A stretch of DNA of 44,914 bases from Candidatus Bathyarchaeia archaeon. Lineage in GTDB: Archaea > Thermoproteota > Bathyarchaeia > 40CM-2-53-6. The position numbers and the translations under genes were made by a program. The stretch's first letter is position 1. Each line of letters opens with the position of its first letter. Under the pieces are notes generated by a model that searched no databases, was not told the origin of the DNA, and was given only the letters and a program-made list of their open reading frames with translations. The DNA is taken from contig JBEKSC010000023.1 in NCBI GenBank assembly GCA_049517415.1, forward strand, positions 1 through 44,914. Reading direction: 5' to 3'. Below are positions 39,565 through 44,914 of this stretch, piece after piece.

Positions 39565-39999
39565 ATGACGTCTGCCTTTCTAAGTTTCCTAATCTGGCTT
39601 TGGAGCATCCAGATTGACGTCTTCTTAATTCCTGTTCTGACATTGATTGTGGTTCCGTATCGCGTAGATCGTTGTCGGTCAATGGAGACATTCTGCTTAA
39701 CCGCCCTAGGTTTGATTGGTGCATATTTTCTATACGCTCCAACAACTCTAGCAAGCATGACACAGACAAACTCAACCACGCTGTTGCGACTTAGCTTCGC
39801 AACAAGAAGTCTTGGGTTGAATGTATACGGGACGACATTGGCCCAAAGCCTTCTACTGAATGTTCCGACACTCTCCCTCATAATACGATCCACTGGAACA
39901 CGCGAGGATAAGATACTCTTCGCAAGGAAGTTCTGTGGTGCTGCGGCAGTGATGCTATTCGCCGTGTACTGGCTTTATGTTGCTGGTTTGTTGAGTTAG
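39565..39999 (+). CDS. Membrane protein (cargo); strand ambiguous
   Basis: Hydrophobic 144-aa ORF; the antisense ORF 39378-39893 is also open. Confidence 0.5.
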   Translation: MTSAFLSFLIWLWSIQIDVFLIPVLTLIVVPYRVDRCRSMETFCLTALGLIGAYFLYAPTTLASMTQTNSTTLLRLSFATRSLGLNVYGTTLAQSLLLNVPTLSLIIRSTGTREDKILFARKFCGAAAVMLFAVYWLYVAGLLS

Positions 40000-40084
40000 G
40001 CATTTAGTTCTATGAAAAAATCGAATCTGTGGATTCCTCCTATGTCGAATGAGAAGCTTATTCCTTCAGGGTCTATTTCCAACA

Positions 40085-40789
40085 TTATCGTTTTCGTCTC
40101 TTGCGGCGCTTTGTTGACAGAGTGATTATCCCCCAATGAACCAATATGGATAGAACAACTAGTAGCATTGCCAGAGCAAGAAGTATCGTTGAGGCTACCG
40201 CTCCAAGGATTGTGTAGGGTGGGACCGTAGTTTGCGAAAGTTGGGTTATAGCTACTGCATTGTATGTGGTTACCGTTTCAGTTAGCTGAAAAGCGTAGGC
40301 CACACTTGTAGTTATCAAAAGATTGCTAAGCGTGATTGGGATAGGACTAGAGTTGTAAATTAATATGCTGTACGCCCCTGATTTCGCCACCGTTAAGATT
40401 CCGTGTCCATGCCCAAACGCATCATAGTACAATGTATAATTCAGTAAATCATTGCTTTCATGAGGAGAGAGAAAAATCGTTCCCCTTACACAAGGATTGC
40501 AGGGTTGCCATGAAAGGTTCACTAGGTAAATGGAGCCGTTCTGCAGATTGAACTCAGTCGATGTGAAGACGGCAGTAGTTGGTGCCACGAAAATACCCGT
40601 GAGAGTAACGGGGTTTGGCATACTGTAAATCGTCTGCGTTTGATAACTCGTAGTTGATACTTCGAGTTGCGTAGTGTAAGTCTGGGTTTGAGGTACTACT
40701 TGGCTTGTTGGCATCGGATACCAAGGTACGACTAGAACAAATAGGACAACGACAAGAACGACAACTGAACCAGCAATCACGGATTTCAC
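40085..40789 (-). CDS. Membrane-anchored S/T-rich surface protein (paralog of 35260-35991)
   Basis: MKSVIAGS...PWYP...PQTQTY; VPPYTILGAVAS...GIITLSTKRRKRRKR. Confidence 0.75.
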   Translation of the reverse strand: MKSVIAGSVVVLVVVLFVLVVPWYPMPTSQVVPQTQTYTTQLEVSTTSYQTQTIYSMPNPVTLTGIFVAPTTAVFTSTEFNLQNGSIYLVNLSWQPCNPCVRGTIFLSPHESNDLLNYTLYYDAFGHGHGILTVAKSGAYSILIYNSSPIPITLSNLLITTSVAYAFQLTETVTTYNAVAITQLSQTTVPPYTILGAVASTILLALAMLLVVLSILVHWGIITLSTKRRKRRKR

Positions 40790-40825
40790 GGAGAAAACCG
40801 TGGTAGGAGAGATTGGAGAGTGCGC

Positions 40826-41233
40826 TTAAGACTTTGCTTTTTTCGCGCTCGCATTTTGAATCAATGTAAGCCATTTGTTCTCTCCTTGAACTGTGATTCC
40901 TGCAACTTCAGCAGGAGTCTTACCGTTTAGGGCTTCATGTGGTCGTACATAGTTGTGAAAGATTTGCATACCTGAAAGAATCGCCGTATCAGGTTTTTCT
41001 AAGGTGCGCATCACTTTCTCTCTTTGGCGTAGTTCTCCGTTCATGCGTTCCATCTCGTTATTGTGTCGTACTCCATCTAATGCGATTTCTCTAATGTGTT
41101 CTGTTCGTGTTTCCAGTCTCTTTGTGTAGAACTCCTGTAAGTATGCTTCATGGAAGTTTGGCGCACCATCCGTTATGAGCGTCATAGGCTTCTTGTCAGC
41201 AATTCGTTTGCCTTGTTGGAATAGTGGTCTTAG
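40826..41233 (-). pseudogene. 5'-truncated transposase (from LRPLFQ to the end)
   Basis: Highly similar to the C-terminal third of 36020-37183; lacks SWIM, HTH and the first catalytic Asp. Confidence 0.88.
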
Positions 41234-41373
41234 CTGGCTACCAGCTATTCCACAATTACATACGCCCACACATGGCATTCGAAGGTAAAACTCCTGAGAA
41301 GGCAGGTATCGAAGTCAAGGGAGAGAACAAGTGGTTAACTCTGATTCAGAACGCAAAAAGTAGATCAGTCTAA
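41230..41373 (+). pseudogene. Transposase C-terminal fragment in the opposite orientation
   Basis: Hand translation: LAGYQLFHNYIRPHMAFEGKTPEKAGIEVKGENKWLTLIQNAKSRSV*. Confidence 0.88.
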
Positions 41374-41663
41374 TTCGAGTTCTGTGTTTCCGAGGAATCC
41401 TCTCGATGTCCGCCGCGCAAGGCTTGGAAATCCCAAACCCAAAATCGCTGATTGTCCGTTCTTCGCAGGTATCTCCACCACAACTCCAAATTAACTGTAA
41501 GAACGAAAAGGGTAAGGGCAGTTATCAAAGCAACCGTTTCAAAGAAATTAGCCACGAAGGTTTGCATGTAGCGTGAAACGTTGTAGAATGCAACAGCGTT
41601 TATGATAGTAACTACGGAAATTACTCGTAGGAGTAGGTGTTCTTTGCTCGTTAATCCTTTCAT
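41370..41663 (-). CDS. Small 2-TM protein
   Basis: MKGLTSKEHLLLRVIS...LTVNLELWWRY; ATG 41663 preferred. Confidence 0.6.
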   Translation of the reverse strand: MKGLTSKEHLLLRVISVVTIINAVAFYNVSRYMQTFVANFFETVALITALTLFVLTVNLELWWRYLRRTDNQRFWVWDFQALRGGHREDSSETQNSN

Positions 41664-41745
41664 CTTTCTTTTATATCTCTTTTTGGCCAACACCGATTAG
41701 ACAGACGCACAAGTTTTTCCTTCGCAGCCATACTGATACTTGTTG

Positions 41746-41916
41746 TCATTTCTTCCACCAATAGATTATCGCAGATATTACGACTATCCCGATATTGGTT
41801 ATTAGTCGATAGTTGAAAGCGAGAGATTTGTTAGGGGTTAATGCGTGAATTATTAAATCCGCTATCACAATAGTCATCAGCATTCCAATCACCATTTTTA
41901 ATGCTAATCCTTTCAT
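41746..41916 (-). CDS. Small 2-TM protein (56 aa, below the ORF-track cutoff)
   Basis: MKGLALKMVIGMLMTIVIADLII...IGIVVISAIIYWWKK*; shares a 19-bp start-region repeat with 41663. Confidence 0.55.
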   Translation of the reverse strand: MKGLALKMVIGMLMTIVIADLIIHALTPNKSLAFNYRLITNIGIVVISAIIYWWKK

Positions 41917-42065
41917 CTTTCTTCCCCTCTTGGGTAAGTAAGGCGCGTCCCGCTCTTACTGGGTCCCCTGTTTTTCACGAATCGAAACACGGTTCCGTGT
42001 GCAAACTATTACCAATGAGAGGCTTAAACGAGACACGACCAGTAACGGTAAGGTAGAATCCTGAC

Positions 42066-42171
42066 CAAACGAAAGTAAACAGTCTTCCATACCAAACGTA
42101 GACTACGCGTTACCTTACGTGAGGTAACGGTACGTTGTCGGTTGGTGCTTAGAGCTGCTTACTTTCGGTTG
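42066..42171. repeat. Junction of elements 2 and 3 (long imperfect palindrome)
   Basis: CAAACG-N21-CAAACG-N9-CGTTACC|TTACGTGA|GGTAACG-N9-CGGTTG-N21-CGGTTG. Confidence 0.9.
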
Positions 42172-42179
42172 GTCTTACT

Positions 42180-42389
42180 CTAAGCCACTTTGAGCACGTC
42201 ATATCTCCATTGGTCGAACCAAATGTTAACTGTGAGCGGTATCAGGGTAACAAGAATGATCCAGAACGTCAATTCCCCTGTTATCGCAGCATATCTTGTT
42301 GAGATCAGGTAAAAAATGATCGCGTCGGTAAGAACAATGACGATGATTGCACGAGCAATCAAATCATAAAGCAACGGAAGGCGCTTCAT
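42180..42389 (-). CDS. Small 2-TM protein (paralog of 41370-41663)
   Basis: Shared R.I.V....A..FY..S, RY and LTVN...WRY pattern. Confidence 0.6.
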   Translation of the reverse strand: MKRLPLLYDLIARAIIVIVLTDAIIFYLISTRYAAITGELTFWIILVTLIPLTVNIWFDQWRYDVLKVA

Positions 42390-42534
42390 TCAATTCACCC
42401 AGCATGAGCACACTATGCCGTAATCCTCTCTTACGGATTACCCTAGTTCTTAACAAGCGAAATTACTTCTTGCTTGCGCATTTTCGGCTTGCCTTCTGAA
42501 TCAGTGTAAGTTTTACTTTCGTTTGGTAGCTTAG

Positions 42535-42822
42535 CTAAGGCTGAGTACTGAACGCTATGTATTGGTACGGTCCGCAGTGAGGACAGTACTGTAACCGATT
42601 TTCTATTCTTCTCGTGCACATAGAATTGACGCAAATCTTTGTCGTGAACTGACTGATGTAACCCGTCGGATATGGTAACGGATGAATAAGAGAGTCCGTA
42701 TTACGGCAAACTGGGCAGATGAGATAGCTTCCAGCTAGGCTCATCGGGGACCCACAAGGGGAACAGAACCTTACGCCAAAGCTCGAACGACGAGGGTACA
42801 TGAATATGAGATGAGAATTCAT
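42535..42822 (-). CDS. Small zinc-ribbon protein
   Basis: CSPCG, CPVC, CVNSMC, CPHCG. Confidence 0.55.
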   Translation of the reverse strand: MNSHLIFMYPRRSSFGVRFCSPCGSPMSLAGSYLICPVCRNTDSLIHPLPYPTGYISQFTTKICVNSMCTRRIENRLQYCPHCGPYQYIAFSTQP

Positions 42823-42894
42823 TTCAGGACGATTCTACCTGTGGTTTGAATACGGAACCGTTAAGTTGAGCTGCATAGACTCGGTTTTCAAGAG

Positions 42895-43413
42895 TTGCTC
42901 TTGACAAAGAAAGGATTCGAGAGTTTCGCGGTTTACATGTTCTCGATAGATTACCCGAAGGTCTGCAGAATCGAATTTCACCCGAAGAGCATGAAACAGA
43001 AGGGTGACGTGGTCTTCCACTTTCCGGATCGTGAAAAGATATTTGTGTCGTGGGGCAAGCTTGACGTTGCACTGAAGAAGTTCGCAACGGTTGAAGAACA
43101 GGCCGAGAACAGTCTAAAATCCGTAAGCAAAAGTGCCCAACCGAAAACTATGGAACGGATAGACCAAGACTCGATGAAGATAAACTCGCATACGGCGGTC
43201 TACAACCACATTAGGGTGGAAGAGAGGCCCAGGGGATTCTTTCCAAGTAAGCAGAAGATATTGCGCGATGTTCTGTCAATTCACCTTCATTGCGAACCTA
43301 CTTCCAGATACTTCGTTATTTACTCCACGCCCACGCGAAATGCGCCTGAAGATTTCGGAGACCTCTTCCTCGACATGGCTAACACCTTCGAGTGTCACCC
43401 AATCGCACGCTAG
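42895..43413 (+). CDS. Hypothetical protein
   Basis: 172-aa ORF with globular composition. Confidence 0.65.
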   Translation: MLLTKKGFESFAVYMFSIDYPKVCRIEFHPKSMKQKGDVVFHFPDREKIFVSWGKLDVALKKFATVEEQAENSLKSVSKSAQPKTMERIDQDSMKINSHTAVYNHIRVEERPRGFFPSKQKILRDVLSIHLHCEPTSRYFVIYSTPTRNAPEDFGDLFLDMANTFECHPIAR

Positions 43414-43460
43414 TAGCAGGCGTCTAGGGCTGAGGTGTGACGGAAAGAAAAAAGAAAGAC

Positions 43461-43573
43461 ACCTCCGACCGTTATGAGCCTCCTAGGGCGTTTTCCTGCA
43501 ATTTGCTTTCCTGATCTGAATAGAGGCCTAACGTCAGCCGCGTACTTGGTTCCGCTACCTCTTGCGCTATCCA
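43461..43573 (-). pseudogene. Internal transposase remnant with a frameshift
   Basis: WIAQEVAE/KYAADVRPLFRSGKQIAGKRPRRLITVGG, compared with WIAQEVADTKFTADLRPLFQQGKEIAEKSPKTLITDGA in the intact copy. Confidence 0.85.
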
Positions 43574-43599
43574 AACATCAGGTTTGGCACATCTCGAGA

Positions 43600-43635
43600 G
43601 GGTGTGGTACACCCATCATCGGGTGTGGTACACCC
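43600..43635. repeat. Tandem palindromic 15-mer
   Basis: GGGTGTGGTACACCC at 43600-14 and 43621-35. Confidence 0.85.
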
Positions 43636-43769
43636 GCCTCAGTTGTGGCTCTTCTCAGTTTAGACGATTCAAGCGAATCGAATTTCCCGCGGTATGTCGT
43701 AAGGTTCACCAATGTTCGTGTACCAAACTCATAAGAGTTAGATGCTGTTGTGCAGCACATTGTTGCGAC

Positions 43770-44914
43770 ATGCCCATCGCCGAGTCTCCGATCACCGTCA
43801 TGTTGTTTGTGATTGTGCTTTCTTTTGTGGCGGCCATCGTAAGTTCCAAAGTGAAGGTATCTTATCCGACGGTAATGGTTGCCATTGGCCTTATACTATC
43901 AGTTCTCAGATTTGGAGGCGGGTTCGGTACCATTTCCGTCGATAGCAATTTGATACTCGGCATTGTTGTTCCTCCTTTGATATTTGAGGCCGCTATGCGG
44001 ACTCGTTTTGAAGTTTTCAGGACTGTTCAGAAGACAGTCATAGGTTTGGCAATATTCGGGGTTGTGATTTCGGCTTTCGTGAGCGCCTTTGTTCTCAATG
44101 TCACCTTAGGATTGCCATTAGCTGTTGCACTTCTGTTTGGAGTCATAGTCTCGCCTACCGACCCGGTGACAGTCGTGAGTGTCTTGAGCAGGGTGCGGGC
44201 GCCGGAGAGGCTGACAGCAATTCTGGAATCGGAAGCCTACCTCAACAACGCTACACCGGTCATCCTATTTCCTATCGCTCTTTCCTTATCCTTCAACCCC
44301 ATGCAGAGCCTAAGCCAGTTCGCCGTCATCTTGTTGGGAGGAGTTGCGGTCGGCCTACTTGTCTCAGGCATTGCTGAACTGCTGTACAAGATGATCACGG
44401 AGCCTTTGGCTGAGACTTCCTTCACGATAGCCGTCATGTACGGATCCTACGTTCTCGCACAGAGTTTGGGTGTGTCGGGGTTGATTGCCGTACCGATCGC
44501 CGGCCTATACATGGGTAACCGGACCATGCGAACCGCCATGTCTGAAGAAACTCGTATGACCATGACGAAGTTCTGGGAGGTGGTGACTTTTCTCGCTACA
44601 TCCTTTGCGTTTCTACTCATCGGGCTGAAGACGGACTTCAACCTGCTCGTTGCTTTCGCTCCGTTCATAATCGTGGCTTTTGCAGCGATCCTTATTGCTA
44701 GAATTCTTAGCGTCTACCCAATCTTGTGGTTAGCGGAGCTACTCGGGGAGAAGATTCCCAGTTCATGGAAGAGGATAGTAGCCTTCGCAGGTCTACGAGG
44801 AGCGGTCTCGGTCGCTCTGGTCCTGTCGTTGCCCGAAAGCAGCTCCGGGGGCATCATAACGGCCATGGTATTCGGCGTGGCACTTCTCTCACTGATTATT
44901 CAAGCAGAAATTCT
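43770..44914 (+). CDS. CPA1-family cation/H+ antiporter (NhaP-like; runs off the window)
   Basis: Hand translation: PPLIFEAA, SPTDPV, ILESEAYLNN, GVSGLIAV, FWE, AGLRGAVSVAL. Confidence 0.9.
   Translation, partial: MPIAESPITVMLFVIVLSFVAAIVSSKVKVSYPTVMVAIGLILSVLRFGGGFGTISVDSNLILGIVVPPLIFEAAMRTRFEVFRTVQKTVIGLAIFGVVISAFVSAFVLNVTLGLPLAVALLFGVIVSPTDPVTVVSVLSRVRAPERLTAILESEAYLNNATPVILFPIALSLSFNPMQSLSQFAVILLGGVAVGLLVSGIAELLYKMITEPLAETSFTIAVMYGSYVLAQSLGVSGLIAVPIAGLYMGNRTMRTAMSEETRMTMTKFWEVVTFLATSFAFLLIGLKTDFNLLVAFAPFIIVAFAAILIARILSVYPILWLAELLGEKIPSSWKRIVAFAGLRGAVSVALVLSLPESSSGGIITAMVFGVALLSLIIQAEI

Larger units (their letters stand above)
39391..42114. mobile_element. Element 2: internally deleted or chimeric cargo element
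   Basis: GGTAACG...CGTTACC ends, TTACGTAA/TTACGTGA flanks, two transposase 3' fragments. Confidence 0.75.
42123..43573. mobile_element. Element 3 (left end seen; right end not found, so this is a minimum extent)
   Basis: Left end at 42123; transposase remnant at 43461-43573. Confidence 0.55.

Noticed and set aside
41234..41278. Cys-rich N-terminus MPCVGVCNCG of ORF 40826-41278 as a novel domain
   Set aside because: It is just the antisense reading of the plus-strand transposase tail.
42420..42700. Right end of element 3 (GATTACC near 42436, TTACTTTCGTTTGG near 42513, GGTAACGG near 42675)
   Set aside because: Partial matches with the wrong orientation or spacing and no flanking octamer.
35184..43635. 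CRISPR array or classical integron
   Set aside because: The repeats are kilobases apart with multi-gene interiors. There are no cas genes or tyrosine integrase and no regular spacers. The pair at 43600 has only a 6-nt spacer.
793..44668. Numerous short antisense or overlapping ORFs in the track (e.g. 7870-8280, 9977-10513, 17676-18197, 18878-19429, 26727-27191)
   Set aside because: Shadows of well-supported genes, with no motifs of their own.

Overview
Archaeal genomic window, about 50% GC. The gene set (Topo VI, aIF-1A, aIF-2beta, RIO1, PINA, TrmB, VOR, ADP-forming acyl-CoA synthetase) looks TACK-type, probably Bathyarchaeia-like; this is inferred from gene content only. Positions 1-35,125 are mostly housekeeping: an amino-acid fermentation cluster, hypBA, phoU, a CBS+HPF-like protein, an atpI with an internal TAG, the conserved aIF2beta-aIF1A-RIO1-KH-top6BA block, metG, gcvPAB, a ribophorin-I-like protein, PINA, a peroxiredoxin and hsp20. 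From 35,184 onward lies an accessory island, which is the most striking feature. It is a head-to-tail array of at least three cargo-carrying elements. Their ends are inverted copies of GGTAACG-N9-CGGTTG-N21-CGGTTG, and adjacent elements share the octamer TTACGT(A/G)A. The array sits immediately upstream of the hsp20 TATA box. It encodes one intact SWIM-Zn-ribbon-HTH-DDE (IS6-like) transposase, three transposase remnants and paralogous membrane-protein cargo. All calls come from reading the sequence; no database searches were run.
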